From Planktothrix sp. GU0601_MAG3 (GTDB lineage: Bacteria > Cyanobacteriota > Cyanobacteriia > Cyanobacteriales > Microcoleaceae): DNA of 64,000 nt. Under the pieces are notes generated by a model that worked only from the letters and a program-made list of their open reading frames with translations, searched no databases and had not been told where the DNA came from. The position numbers were made by a program, and so were the translations under genes. Below are positions 48,996-60,746 of the stretch, piece by piece (within the stretch, counting starts at the first letter, position 1; each line of letters opens with the position of its first letter). Location: assembly GCA_035193785.1 (NCBI GenBank), contig CP136572.1:5044578-5108577 (forward strand), given 5' to 3'.

Positions 48996-49406
48996 ATGGA
49001 ACGTGGTTTATTATGGCTTCCCCTGCTGGCGGTATTTATCGGTCTAGCTTGGTCGGGTTGGAATGAATACCGAAAATTGGAGGCCTATCAAGCCTGGGCG
49101 ACCGATTTTGATAAGGCTAAATATGATATTTATGCGGTTTTGGGCCTCAAGGAAATGGACTTAACCTGGGGAAAACCCACCCGCAAAGGCCCAATTAATT
49201 TAGAAACCTTTTCTCTCAAACAGGTAGAGTCTTTGAGGTTATTGGTGGAAAATCAAGCCGTTGACCCGAATATCCCCCCAGAAAAAGGAAAAGCGATCGC
49301 GTTAGAATTTAGATTCACCGATGCTGCTCAAATTGTCCAAATTCCCTTTACAGAAATTTCTCTAGCCGTCCGATGGCATAAATACCTTCAGTCTTTAATA
49401 CGGTAA
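48996..49406 (+). CDS. Conserved hypothetical membrane-anchored protein
   Basis: MERGLLWLPLL...AKYDIYAVLG. Confidence 0.7.
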   Translation: MERGLLWLPLLAVFIGLAWSGWNEYRKLEAYQAWATDFDKAKYDIYAVLGLKEMDLTWGKPTRKGPINLETFSLKQVESLRLLVENQAVDPNIPPEKGKAIALEFRFTDAAQIVQIPFTEISLAVRWHKYLQSLIR

Positions 49407-49524
49407 TCTTGTAGGAGTTAGGGCTTCTTCCCTCCGGTAAAAAGATTATACTAGGGGAAATCAGGGTTATTTTCCTTAATAATCTGAAAATCACTTCTGA
49501 TTTTTACCTTTTTTTACCTAAAGT

Positions 49525-50031
49525 ATGAATTTTAAACAATTACCTAAAAATTTAATCGCCTTAACCCTGGCAATGTCGTTATTAATATCGGCTTGCGGGG
49601 GCAAAGATTCTATACCTCCATCGGAGAATCAATCTGTTAATAACTCCGCCCCAACTACCGTGGCACAGAAACCTGTTTCTGGTAGCCAATTTAATCAGTT
49701 TTTCCCTAAAAGTCAAGACGGTTATCAGGTTGTTTTTGCTCAGGAAAAAACTGGTTTTGCCGAAGCTAAATTAAATCAAGGGGGGCAAAATGTAGCCATG
49801 CTTTCGATTAATGACCTGGCTAATAATCCCAGTGCGGCAACTAAATATCAACAGAGTAGTCAAACTATTAGTGGATATCCGGCCGTCACTCAAGGGAAAA
49901 ATACCACTGCTATTCTAGTCGCAAACCGCCATCAAGTCAAAGTTCAATCTCGTTCTGAATCCTTTACAGCTAATGACCGAGAAAACTGGCTGGGAAAATT
50001 CAATTTGAATGGGTTATCCCGAGTAAAATGA
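49525..50031 (+). CDS. Hypothetical lipoprotein
   Basis: Lipobox ISAC. Confidence 0.7.
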   Translation: MNFKQLPKNLIALTLAMSLLISACGGKDSIPPSENQSVNNSAPTTVAQKPVSGSQFNQFFPKSQDGYQVVFAQEKTGFAEAKLNQGGQNVAMLSINDLANNPSAATKYQQSSQTISGYPAVTQGKNTTAILVANRHQVKVQSRSESFTANDRENWLGKFNLNGLSRVK

Positions 50032-50077
50032 TATTAGTTAGCATTTCTAGCAACAATAACTGTACTATTTTAGGAGA

Positions 50078-50977
50078 ATGACTGTGAGTAAATCTATCAC
50101 TCAATTAGTGGATGAATTACCAACGGGCGGCATTACCGTTATGGTTTTGCGCGGGTTAGACTTTGTAATTCCGGGTCAATGGAATAATTTAGTTGGGTTT
50201 GAAAATACAGTTAAAACTATTACCGGAGAAGATGACCCTGCCTATATTCAACAGGTCAGTGAACGGGCTTTATGGCTCTATAATGACAAAAAACAAGAAC
50301 AGGATTATCAACGGGCGTTGTGGTTATATCAAACCATTGATAGTGCAGGAACTGCTTTAGGAACCGCAGCTTTAGCTAATAAAATTGGGGAAAATATCAG
50401 TTTTTTAGGCTTTTTAAATAAATTAACCCCCAAAGCAAACAAAGCCCAAGCGATTGATTTATCCCTAAAATTAGTGGCGGAATTAGTCGGATTTTGCTTA
50501 ATTAATGGTATCCCGGGTGATAGTATTGGGGACTTTTTAGCCGCATTAGGAGATTATGGTGGAGAATCTTTAATGCGGATGACTGCCTTAGTTTGTTTGG
50601 ATGGTTTAATTCCTTTAGGGCCAGATTTTATTAGTTCGGCGTTATCAACTATTGGAAACTTAACCCCGGAAGAATTAGAAAAAAATGAAGGCTTTAAACG
50701 GATTAATGATGTAATTCCCGGTAAAACTTCTGAAGGGAAATTACAGTTTGTGCAAGGAAGTTTTGATTCCGTCAAGGGTTGGATGGGAGATTTTGTTTCT
50801 CAACATGATTTAACCCCGGAAAAAGTAGTTAAAAATCTGCAAGGATTTGTCGATATTACCAATGATAAGTTAGATTATGTCGCCGCATTTTTAGACATGA
50901 CTACTAACTATTATACCCATACCGGAACTCAAACCTTAGCCCGTCGTTTAATTGAACGAGCCTCCGCCGAAATTTAA
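50078..50977 (+). CDS. Conserved hypothetical protein
   Basis: RBS ggag; 299-aa clean ORF co-oriented with the lipoprotein. Confidence 0.7.
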   Translation: MTVSKSITQLVDELPTGGITVMVLRGLDFVIPGQWNNLVGFENTVKTITGEDDPAYIQQVSERALWLYNDKKQEQDYQRALWLYQTIDSAGTALGTAALANKIGENISFLGFLNKLTPKANKAQAIDLSLKLVAELVGFCLINGIPGDSIGDFLAALGDYGGESLMRMTALVCLDGLIPLGPDFISSALSTIGNLTPEELEKNEGFKRINDVIPGKTSEGKLQFVQGSFDSVKGWMGDFVSQHDLTPEKVVKNLQGFVDITNDKLDYVAAFLDMTTNYYTHTGTQTLARRLIERASAEI

Positions 50978-51089
50978 CCAAAAAAATCAGGGGTAGGGTT
51001 TTCCCACCCCTGCACAAAAATCAATCATCCGTTAAAATAGCTGCAATATTCTGGTAAATTGTTGTTGAAATTAAAATAAGGAAGTCTCT

Positions 51090-51548
51090 ATGTCTGAAGA
51101 AACAAAACCCAATGCTGAAGCCACCACCCCAGAAACACCAAGCGAAAAACCAGCCGAGAAGAAAGCCAAAGCTCCGGCATTAGAAGATAAACCTTTCGGT
51201 GAGTTTATCCAACAGGACTATATTCCCGCCTTAGAAAAAGCATTAAATAGTCAAGGTGTTGAGGATTTAAACCTCAAATTTGCTAAAGAAAAATTGCCTT
51301 CTGGCTTAGGAGTTAGTCAAGATTGTTGGCAAGTGGTTGGTCAATGGCAACAGGGAAAACGCCAGTTCAATGTCTATTTTCCCAATGAAGATATTAGTTC
51401 TTTAAAGTTATTTACCTGTGCTTTAAATGGGATTAAACCCTCTACAATTGAGCCATTTTTAGGGGATGAACGAAAAATTAATCTTGATTTATTAGTGTTT
51501 GGCGTAGTTCAACGGTTGAATGCACAAAAATGGTTAACTCGTAACTAA
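51090..51548 (+). CDS. DUF2996-family protein
   Basis: [26 protein letters not shown]. Confidence 0.8.
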   Translation: MSEETKPNAEATTPETPSEKPAEKKAKAPALEDKPFGEFIQQDYIPALEKALNSQGVEDLNLKFAKEKLPSGLGVSQDCWQVVGQWQQGKRQFNVYFPNEDISSLKLFTCALNGIKPSTIEPFLGDERKINLDLLVFGVVQRLNAQKWLTRN

Positions 51549-51603
51549 TAGTAGGGAACAGGGAATAGGGAACACCAGAACAGCTTACTTTACTAGAGGT
51601 CTT

Positions 51604-52005
51604 ATGGTAGATAAAATCAAAAAAACCGATGCCGAATGGAAACAACAACTCAGTGATGAACAATTCCGTGTAACTCGGAAAAAAGGCACGGAACGCGCAT
51701 TTGCAGGAAAATACCATGATAATAAAGAAAAGGGTATTTATAAATGCGTTTGTTGTGGCACGGAGTTATTTACTTCCGAAACAAAATTTGATTCGGGAAC
51801 TGGATGGCCGAGTTTTTGGCAACCCATTAACGAAGAAAATGTTAAATGTGAAAATGATTTCAGTTTCTTCATGCGTCGAACTGAAGTTCTTTGTGCCGCT
51901 TGTGATGCCCATTTAGGTCATGTTTTTGATGATGGCCCTAAACCCACAGGACAACGCTATTGTATGAATTCTGCGGCTTTAAATTTCGAGAAATCAGAAG
52001 GTTAA
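51604..52005 (+). CDS. msrB: Peptide-methionine (R)-S-oxide reductase
   Basis: [33 protein letters not shown]. Confidence 0.96.
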   Translation: MVDKIKKTDAEWKQQLSDEQFRVTRKKGTERAFAGKYHDNKEKGIYKCVCCGTELFTSETKFDSGTGWPSFWQPINEENVKCENDFSFFMRRTEVLCAACDAHLGHVFDDGPKPTGQRYCMNSAALNFEKSEG

Positions 52006-52123
52006 TTCCAAAATAGAAACCGGGTTTGGTGGGGAAAAAATTCACCCAACTCGGTTTAAAAATTTCAGGGAATAGGGAACAGGGAATAGGGACTGAAAAG
52101 TGTCCTAACTATAATGCGTAGCG

Positions 52124-53065
52124 CTATAGTATTGCGTTATGTTTGCTTTTTTTTCCTAATGCAATCATCATCGAACCTGTAACTACAATAATCGCTCCTA
52201 TCACAGCAAAAACAGTTAAATTTTCCGGTTCAATTAAATCGGGAAATAGTACCGCAATGCTATCAACAGAAATCAGGGTAATAATCGGAGCTAAGGCTAA
52301 AACAGCACTGACTCTTGACGCTTCCCAATGTTCTAAAGATTCGGCAAAACAACCATAGGCAATTAGGGTATTTAGTCCGCAAAATAGTAGAATTAATAAC
52401 TGAAATGGGGTTAAGGTAAAAATTGCCGATGGGGTGGCGACGGGTAAATATAAAATTGTACAGCTTCCATAAATAAATGCCATAACTTGAGAGGAGGAAA
52501 GAGATTGTAAAAGTTGTTTTTGAGCTAAGGCATAAATTGCCCAGGATATCGCTCCAACTCCTAGTAAAAAACTTCCCAATAAATATTGATTAGATGCGGT
52601 AACTAAAACTTTTAATTGTTCATTAAAAAATAAACTAAATCCCAAGGTCAATACCCCTAACCCTAACCATTGTAGGCGGGTATAATGTTCTTTAAAAATA
52701 ACTAATGCCCCTAACCCCATTAAAACCGGAGATAGTTGAATTAAAACTTCAGCATTGGTAGGAGAAGTCAAGGCTAAACCCTGCAAAAATAGGATATAAT
52801 TACCCGCTAAAAATATTGTAGCGATGCCTAATAGACCCCAAGGGATTAAACGGATTGTTTCTATATTAGGAAGTTGTTTACGAATGGTTAAATATCCCCC
52901 TAACAACACAAAAGCAATAACAAATCGATACCAAGTTACGGTATAAACATCTAAACCTTGTAAAATAATTGCCAATGCTAACGGCAGAATCCCCCATAAA
53001 AATGTTGTTAATAGTGCTAACCCTAACCCTAAGCGCCATCGTCCTGAAGTTGAATGAATTGACAT
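52124..53065 (-). CDS. DMT/EamA-family transporter
   Basis: Ten TM-like segments in two EamA repeats. Confidence 0.88.
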   Translation of the reverse strand: MSIHSTSGRWRLGLGLALLTTFLWGILPLALAIILQGLDVYTVTWYRFVIAFVLLGGYLTIRKQLPNIETIRLIPWGLLGIATIFLAGNYILFLQGLALTSPTNAEVLIQLSPVLMGLGALVIFKEHYTRLQWLGLGVLTLGFSLFFNEQLKVLVTASNQYLLGSFLLGVGAISWAIYALAQKQLLQSLSSSQVMAFIYGSCTILYLPVATPSAIFTLTPFQLLILLFCGLNTLIAYGCFAESLEHWEASRVSAVLALAPIITLISVDSIAVLFPDLIEPENLTVFAVIGAIIVVTGSMMIALGKKSKHNAIL

Positions 53066-53295
53066 TATAATATTCCATCCTTTAATGTTTGCTACAAATA
53101 CTTGATCAGGTGGCTAATCACTTTTTCTATCCCTTATCCCCTGTTCCCTGATCCGGTGTTCCCTTGCCATCTGTAGCACTAATTCAATGATTTTATATAA
53201 AATTATTGACTACCTTTTTCTAACATAAAATATTACAGCGATCGCTATTTTAAAAAATAACGATCGCTGTTTTTCCTAGGTTTAATTTAAGCTGA

Positions 53296-55616
53296 CTACG
53301 CCTCTAAAGCGGGAACTTCCACCGCCGCGATTTGGAGGGCAACTTCCGTTTTCGGTCGGTCTAATTTGAGTACCAGAACCCCCAAAGGTGGTAAACATAA
53401 ATCCAAAGAATGGGGATAATTATGGAACCACCATTCATCCGTCCATTTACCCCCTAAATTCCCCATATTACTGCCGCCAAATTCACCGGAATCACTATTA
53501 AATAATTCCGTATAGAATCCCAATTCAGGAACACCCACGCGATAATGACTATGGGGTTGGGGCGTAAAATTACAGACAACTACCACAAATTCTTCCGGAT
53601 CTTTCGCCCGACGAATAAACGACACTACACTGTGACGAGTATCCGTACAATCAATCCATTGGAAACCCGGCTTCAGCAAAATCCTGTTCATATAAGGCCG
53701 GTTCAGTGCGATACAATTCATTCAACGCTTGGAATAACCGTTTAGTCTGTTGGTGGGCGGGATATTGCATCAATTCCCATTCCAAAGTTCCCCAAGCATT
53801 CCATTCTTGACGCTGACCAAACTCCATTCCCATGAACAAAGTTTTCTTACCCGGGTGAGTAAACATATAGGTAAACAAACACCGGACATTAGCAAATTTT
53901 TGCCAATCATCCCCGGGCATTTTGTTGGCAATATTGCTCTTACAATGCACCACCTCATCATGGGAAAGCGCCAACATAAAGTTCTCGCTGTGGTGATACC
54001 AAATACTAAAAGTAATGTTATTTTGATGGAACTGACGGAACCAAGGATCCATGCTGAAATAATCCAACATATCGTGCATCCAGCCCATATTCCATTTCAG
54101 GTTAAACCCTAACCCCCCCACATAGGTCGGCCAGGACACCATCGGCCAGGAGGTAGATTCTTCCGCAATGGATAGAGTCCCCGGATAGTAACTAAACAGA
54201 ACATGGTTAGTTTGACGCAGGAAATCCGCCGCTTCAATATGTTCACAACCGCCGTATTGATTAGCAACCCATTCGCCATCGGGACGTAAATAGTTCAGAT
54301 ACAGCATCGAGGCGACCGCATCCACCCGAATTCCATCGATATGATACTTGTCATACCAAAATAGGGCATTAGCCACCAGGAAATTTCGGACTTCGTTGCG
54401 ACCATAGTTAAACACCAAGGTTCCCCATTCCTTGTGTTCGCCCTTGCGGGGGTCGGCGTGTTCGTAGAGGTGAGTGCCATCAAAGAACGGTAAACCGTGT
54501 CCGTCTTTGGGGAAATGTCCCGGCACCCAGTCCACAATCACTCCAATGCCGTTTAAATGGCATTGATCCACAAAATACATGAAATCTTCAGGACTGCCAA
54601 ACCGGGAGGTAGGGGCATAATATCCGGTGACTTGATATCCCCAAGAGCCATCAAAGGGATGTTCGGCGATCGGTAATAATTCAATATGGGTAAAGCCTAA
54701 ATCTTTAACGTAGGGAATTAACTGATCCGCGAGTTCCCGATAGGTTAAAAAACGACCACCCGGATCAAGCTCACAGGCCTGTACCGCCGGTTCAACGGTG
54801 CCATCGGGTAAAACATGGGGTTGATCAAACGGAGCGCGGTTCCAAGACCCCAAATGGCATTCATAAACCGAAATCGGGGATTTCAGGGGATCTTTATGAC
54901 GTCGTTCTTCTAACCAATCTTGATCGCGCCATTGGTAGGTATCTAAATTAGCAACAATAGAAGCGGTTTTGGGGCGAACTTCTTGATAAAACCCGTAGGG
55001 ATCGGTTTTCTCGTAGATATGTCCTTCCCAGTTTTTAATTTCATATTTGTAATGTTCCCCCACTCCCAGTCCGGGGATAAACATTTCCCAAACGCCATTA
55101 CCCAACTTCCGCATTTGGTGTTTGCGTCCATCCCAATTATTGAAGTTACCAATAATGGAAACGTTCCGCGCACTCGGTGCCCAAACGGCAAAATACACCC
55201 CAGCTACGTCATTGACGGTCATTAGGTGAGCACCTAATTTTTCATAAATCCGGTGGTGGTTGCCCTCTGCAAACAGGTGAACATCCATATCGGTAAATTG
55301 GGCAGAACGGAAAGCATAGGGGTCATAAACCACCTTTTCATGTTCCCCCTCCTTGAGTCGCAGTTGATAATTGGAGAGTTCATGGGTCTCAATTATGCAC
55401 TCGAAGAAATGGGGATTATGGACGGACTGCATGGGGTATTCCTGTCGTTGTTCGGGCAACAGAACCCATGCCGCCTCCGCATTAGGGAGGTACGCTCTTA
55501 CTACCCATACCGTTTTACCCTCATGTTCAATTTGATGGGAAACCTAACACTTCAAAGGGATCTTGGTGATGGTTCCAAACAATCTTATCAATCTGATCAG
55601 TTGCGATGGTCGTCAT
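53296..55616 (-). CDS. glgB: 1,4-alpha-glucan branching enzyme; frameshifts at 55539 and 53662
   Basis: [39 protein letters not shown]. Confidence 0.95.
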
Positions 55617-55908
55617 GGATTTCTACTGCTCTACAATTACAAAACAGGTCTAATATGGATGGGAAAGGTAGTATCAATTTACTAGATTTTGACCTTTTCA
55701 GGACGAGGAAACCTCCTGCCTGCTACCTTCCGCACTTTCGGGAAAATCCTACTCTTACGCTTTGACATCCTCCCGACACCAACGCTTCGCTTATGCTGCG
55801 GTTCTTCTTGCCCCCATTTGTGATAAGCGAGATTTGGGATTATTTTACTTGATTTTGACCATCTATATTATCAATGACTGTTGACCTTTAGCGAGCGAGG
55901 ACACCCCC

Positions 55909-55956
55909 ACTTCCCCTACTCCCCTACTCCCCTACTCCCCTACTCCCCTACTCCCC
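55909..55956. repeat. (ctccccta)n short tandem repeat flanking the MITE
   Basis: Seen directly; continues at 56299-56372. Confidence 0.85.
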
Positions 55957-56298
55957 AGGGCTGTTTCATTCTCAGGGAAACCAGGGTTTTGTAGGGGTAG
56001 TGCCCCCGTGCCTACCCTCCCCATCCCAGATTTGCAGGCGTTTCAGGGATTGGGGCAACCACGGGGGGATTGGGGCAACCACGGGGGGATTGGGGCAACC
56101 ACGGGGGGATTGGGGCAACCACGGGGGGATTGGGGCAACCACGGGGGGATTGGGGCAACCACGGGGGGATTGGGGCAACCACGGGGGGATTGGGGCAACC
56201 ACGGGGGGATTGGGGCAACCACGGGGGGATTGGGGCAACCACGGGGGGATTGGGGCAACCACGGGGGGATTGCCCCTACAAAGAATGAAACAGCCCTG
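55956..56298. mobile_element. MITE-like element: 17-bp perfect TIRs, internal GTAG-type REP pair and 11 x 20-bp repeat
   Basis: CAGGGCTGTTTCATTCT (55956-55972) / AGAATGAAACAGCCCTG (56282-56298); (gattggggcaaccacggggg)11. Confidence 0.85.
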
Positions 56299-56371
56299 CC
56301 CTACTCCCCCCGCTCCCCCTGCTCCCCCCGCTCCCCCTGCTCCCCCTACTCCCCCTACCTCCCCTGCTCCC

Positions 56372-57038
56372 CTATAATCCCGGCGGCAAGGGTTCACCAC
56401 AAAGATCATGAATTTTGGCAATCCGGTCGAATATCCAGGGGTAACTTTGGCGATATTCAGGCATCAGGGCCAGGGGACTGAGCAAAGCCGCCGCCGCAAT
56501 ATCCGCAATACTGATGCGATCGCCCACCAAATAGGGCCGTTCTTTCCAGACTTCCAACACCTCAAAAGCCGTTTTTAAGCGAGTTTTAGCCAGTTCAACG
56601 GCTGCGGAATTAATCTGATATTGCCAACGCACGACTTGAATCACTAATTGACTCGATAGGGACGGATCAATTTGTTTCCCCTCTCCAGACCGAAACTGAT
56701 AATAAACAAACCGAGTCGCTGTCCCAATACTTTCATCTAACCAATCTTCCAATAATGCGGCTTGGGTTTGTAGGTGGGGATCAACAAAAAATAAGGGAGG
56801 ATCAGGATAATTATGCTCTAAATACTTGAAAATTTGAGTGGAGTCGGCGATCGCCTGGGGTTGACCTGCTATTTGGGGTAATAAAACCGGAAACCGTGGT
56901 CAGTCCCGTTAGGGGTTTGAGTTTCAGGGTATGAAGTCCCGGGGTGAGATTTTCCACTTGATAAGAAACCCCCTTATACCCCAATGCTAAACGGGCTTTT
57001 CGACAATAATGGGACGTACTAAACTGCAATAGGAGCAT
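56372..57038 (-). CDS. Glutathione S-transferase; frameshift at GAAAC 56890-56894
   Basis: SHYCRKARLAL, TTVPVL, IADSTQI, YLVGDRISIADI. Confidence 0.88.
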
Positions 57039-57246
57039 AAAAAACTAAAATGAATTGAATTAATATACAAAACTGAAATTTAACAATATTTTGGGGGTTT
57101 TTCGTGATTAGATAGTTTTAAGTTGGTTTGATAGTTAAGGGTAGGATCTTTCTATTGGAGATGATTCCAAGTGACCCCAGCCCCGGATCAAGCATTGCCT
57201 TTCCATTCCCCCACACCGAAAGCTGAAGTCAAGGTAGGTAAATTTT

Positions 57247-57828
57247 ATGACTGTTGCGTTTAAATCGTCACCTTCTCCTCAACGCAGAATTTCTAGTCCC
57301 GTTGATCTTCCTTCGATACAAAGTAAAGTCGTTCCCTTTAATCAGGCTCGAAAAAAACGGGTTCAAGCCGCCTTGATGACTTCTTTACCCTTGGTTAATC
57401 CCCCCTCGCCAATACCCTCGTCAACGGTTGTTAAAGCCCTACCCCAACCCCAACCCAAACCTTTCTGGCTTACTTCCATAATTGCGGTACAAAAGGTTTC
57501 ATCGGTTGTTACCTCCTTGATTATTGGTTCAACTTTAACAGTTTATGGGTTAACGGTTTATGGAGAGTCGAGTTGGACACAGGAATATCCCAAATTAGAA
57601 AAGTTACGGGCCACGGAACAACAACTGCGCACGGCTCAAGAACTCCTAAAAAATCAAATTGCGATCGCCGCCGACGAACCCACCACAGGTCTTGTGATTC
57701 CCCAACCCAATGATATGATCTATGTTGAACCGGCGAAACCCCGTCCCCAACCATCCCCAGAAACCACAGCCGTGATCAAATTAGATCCCTCTCCCCATCC
57801 AACATTAAACAGACCTTTAGGATATTAA
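57247..57828 (+). CDS. FtsL-like cell division protein (TM + coiled coil)
   Basis: Single TM, then W...Y.KL..L...E.QL....E.LKNQIA; ends PLGY; resembles the gene usually found upstream of cyanobacterial ftsI. Confidence 0.65.
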   Translation: MTVAFKSSPSPQRRISSPVDLPSIQSKVVPFNQARKKRVQAALMTSLPLVNPPSPIPSSTVVKALPQPQPKPFWLTSIIAVQKVSSVVTSLIIGSTLTVYGLTVYGESSWTQEYPKLEKLRATEQQLRTAQELLKNQIAIAADEPTTGLVIPQPNDMIYVEPAKPRPQPSPETTAVIKLDPSPHPTLNRPLGY

Positions 57829-57951
57829 ACAGGGAACAGGGAATTACGAATTACGAATTACGAATTACGAATGGGTTATAGGTTATGGGCAATAGGCAAT
57901 AGGCAATGGGCAATAGGCAATAGGCAATGGGTTAACCTCCCCTACTCCCCC
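57829..57951. repeat. Heptamer STRR cluster (agggaac, gaattac, ggcaata)
   Basis: Seen directly. Confidence 0.85.
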
Positions 57952-57952
57952 A

Positions 57953-58330
57953 ATCAATTTTGGACAGTAGGTATTCATGGTTAATCTGGTCAAAACATTT
58001 TGATATGTCGGCATCTAAGATATAATGCTCACCTTTGTTGATGCTTCGGAAGATTCTTGACATTGCATCATGGGCTGAACGTCCAGGTCTGAACCCGTAG
58101 CTTTCACTATCGAATCTAGCCTCCTATTGTGGCTCTAACGCGGATTTAACCAAGGCTTGCCTAACTCTATCTTGTATAGTTGGGATTCCTAAAGGTCTTT
58201 CCTCCCCGTTGGATTTGGGTATCCATTTCCTTCGGAGTGGTTTCGCCTTTTGGTATTTATTCAAGTTTTGGACAAGTTCTAATCGTTGTTTGGGTGTGAT
58301 GGATTTGACCCCATCTACCCCGGCTGTTCT
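57953..58330 (-). pseudogene. Group II intron reverse transcriptase fragment with in-frame stop
   Basis: RTAGVDG...WIPKSNGEERPLGIPTIQDRVRQALVKSALEPQ*EARFDSESYGFRPGRSAHDA...LDADISKCFDQINH; TAG at 58124-58126; ends before YADD. Confidence 0.92.
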
Positions 58331-58588
58331 TTATCCATCTCTCGCCCTCATAACATCCGCCTTAGATTTGTGGCTACCTAACAGTATTCGACCTCTGTAG
58401 GAGTAGATGAGGGGTTTTAACGTTCCTTGAAAATGGGATTATTGCCTTGAGAATCATCCTGTCCGCCGGGGTATTTTTGGGAGTCTTAGTAGGTGTTAAG
58501 TTTTCAAACCCTACCTTTATAAAAGAACACACAATCTTCTATCTTTTCCCCTTGTTCTTTTGAATCCAGTGTAATCAAGTCAATTTCA

Positions 58589-58855
58589 CTACTTAATTTT
58601 TACGACGGTTTCAGCCGGATGTTTACTTTCGTTATTCTTGGGCAATTGGCTAGGGAACTCCTTAGATATTTGACTTATATCCGATTTCCCGTTATTCCCA
58701 GCTTCAGTGTTTTGATAATCAGTCTGGTACTGTCGGAATTGCCGAGTCTCTTTGGAATTGGATACCTTGCTTTGACGTTCGGCAAGCCGTACCATTGACT
58801 CCGAGATTAACCCTCCTTTAACTACAGATATTATCTCCTTGTAGGTGACATTCAT
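58589..58855 (-). CDS. Hypothetical 88-aa hydrophilic protein
   Basis: ORF track only; no recognisable family. Confidence 0.35.
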   Translation of the reverse strand: MNVTYKEIISVVKGGLISESMVRLAERQSKVSNSKETRQFRQYQTDYQNTEAGNNGKSDISQISKEFPSQLPKNNESKHPAETVVKIK

Positions 58856-59106
58856 CTTGAGAATTACTATAATAAGGTCAAAATGGGTAGCGGCTTATTA
58901 TATAAATGCCAGCCAGCTTTACTTAATATAATTGCATACCCCTATATCAATTTACTAGACAGAGGCGCTTTTTCCCCTTGACACACCCATGCACCCCAAA
59001 AATAAGGATGGTTTAGGGGTTGATAATCGGGCTCAGGATATTTACCTTCCGATTATAATTCTTTCGGAACAGTTTGACCCAGTTCCGTTGTTTGTAATTG
59101 CTGAAA

Positions 59107-60643
59107 ATGAATAAAAATATGAACAAACGTTGTGTTAATTACCTGCTCTCATTGTTGTGCGTATTTCTCGTGTTGCTCTGGAATACGCCAAATGCCTTGG
59201 CATTTTGTGGATTTTTTGTGTCTAAATCTGATACTCAAATGCACAACTCTTCCTCGCGAGTCGTGATCGCTCACAAAGGGAATCGTAGTATTATGAGCAT
59301 GGCAAATAATTATCAAGGAGATGTTAAAGATTTTGCTCGAATTGTACCAATTCCAGTAGTACCAAAGCGCGAACAAGTAAGAATTGGTAACTTAAAAGCG
59401 GTCGAAGCACTCAATGATTTTACAGCACCTCGGCTGGCTGAATACATTGATGAACCTTGCCGTGAGGAAGCACAAATCTTTTATACGGGGGTAATTTTCC
59501 TAACAGGTGTATTACTTTTTGTAGGCGCGATCGTGTGGGCAGGACGATGGGGAGAATTAGCGCAACTGTTGACAGGACTTTTCCTAATAGGTATATTAAT
59601 CGCGATTAGTTTGCCTTCATTCCTGAATCCAGCCAACAAGGCCCCAGTACCAAGCGCTGCTCCTCATTTAATTCCTGATTCTGCTTTGGGTGTCACAGTT
59701 GCAGACAAATTCACCGTAGGCGAGTACGATGTTATCATTCTCAGTGCTGAACAATCCAATGGTTTGACAACTTGGTTAATTCAGAATGGCTACAAAGTTC
59801 CCGATGGAGCCCAGAAAATGCTCCAATCTTATATTGAGCAAGGCATGAAATTTTTTGTGGTTAAAGTTAACCTCATAGAATTAGAAAAAAGCGGTTATGG
59901 GTTTCTGCGTCCGATTGTATTGGATTATGAATCACCTAAGTTTATGCTCCCCATCCGATTAGGAACTTTGAACTCTACCGGAGAACAGAATTTAATTGTT
60001 CACATTCTTTCCCCCGATGGTTATGCAGAAGTCAGCAACTATCGTACTGTCCCCATCCCTACGGATCAGACATCGGAACACTATAAACCATCGGGTGAAG
60101 AATTGCCCTACTTCCTGAAAAATAAAGATAATTTTGGCAAATTCTATGAAGCCATGTTTCCAAGGAGAATATGAACGGCAAGGGAAAAATGTTGCTTTCT
60201 TAGAATATGCTGGGGGTATGGGCTTGGGTAAGTGTGACCCCTGCACGATGCAGCAAGAAGAGATGTACAAACTCATGGAATTACTTCCAGAAATATACCC
60301 TTTTATGCCAGATCAAGGTAAAAACTCTTTTTACTCTGACTTTGGGTATGTTACCCGTTTGCATATACGCTACACTCATGAGAAATTTCCAGAAGATTTA
60401 GAGTTTCGGATAGTGGGAGAAGAGTTTGACGGCTTCACAGAAGCTGAGGAAATCAGCAAGAATGCCAGGCGCCGGGTATATCCTACGGTCTTTCAAGGGC
60501 GATATGTGATTCGTCGTACCAAAGGTACTACTTTTTGCCTAGCCGGGTTCAGATATCGGAAATGGAACCAGAATTGGGTGGAAAACCTGAAGCGATTTAC
60601 GGGTTGGGATACCAAAGAAATAGAGAAAATAGCATCCCGTTAA
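59107..60643 (+). CDS. DUF2330-family protein with inserted TM/pilin-like segment; frameshift at GTTTC 60156-60160
   Basis: Signal peptide then AFCGFFV, TAPRLAEY, LRPI..YESPKFMLPIRLG, CDPC, VTRLHIRY, FQGRY. Confidence 0.85.
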
Positions 60644-60746
60644 TGGCTCATATTTTCAAGGGAAAAAAAGCGGTTTTCCCTTGTGTTAATTATACTGAAG
60701 CGAAATCAAAACAACTTGGCAAAATTCTATTTGTTAGGAGGATAAG

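Noticed and set aside
55762..55812. IS200/IS605-like end (ttgacatcctccc...)
   Set aside because: Only a short resemblance, with no clear hairpin partner or tnpA/tnpB; too weak to call.
56048..56267. CRISPR or mini-array of 20-bp repeats (also 46581-46680)
   Set aside because: Direct tandem copies without spacers, inside a TIR-bounded element.
55972..56481. ORFs through repeats (also 46484-46858, 24724-25017, 37027-37377, 63448-63762 and the 36941-37342 extension)
   Set aside because: Open frames produced by stop-free repeats; low-complexity translations in several frames.
57953..58330. Active retron, DGR or defence RT
   Set aside because: A group II-type fragment with an internal stop and no YADD; no template/variable repeat pair or msr-msd seen.
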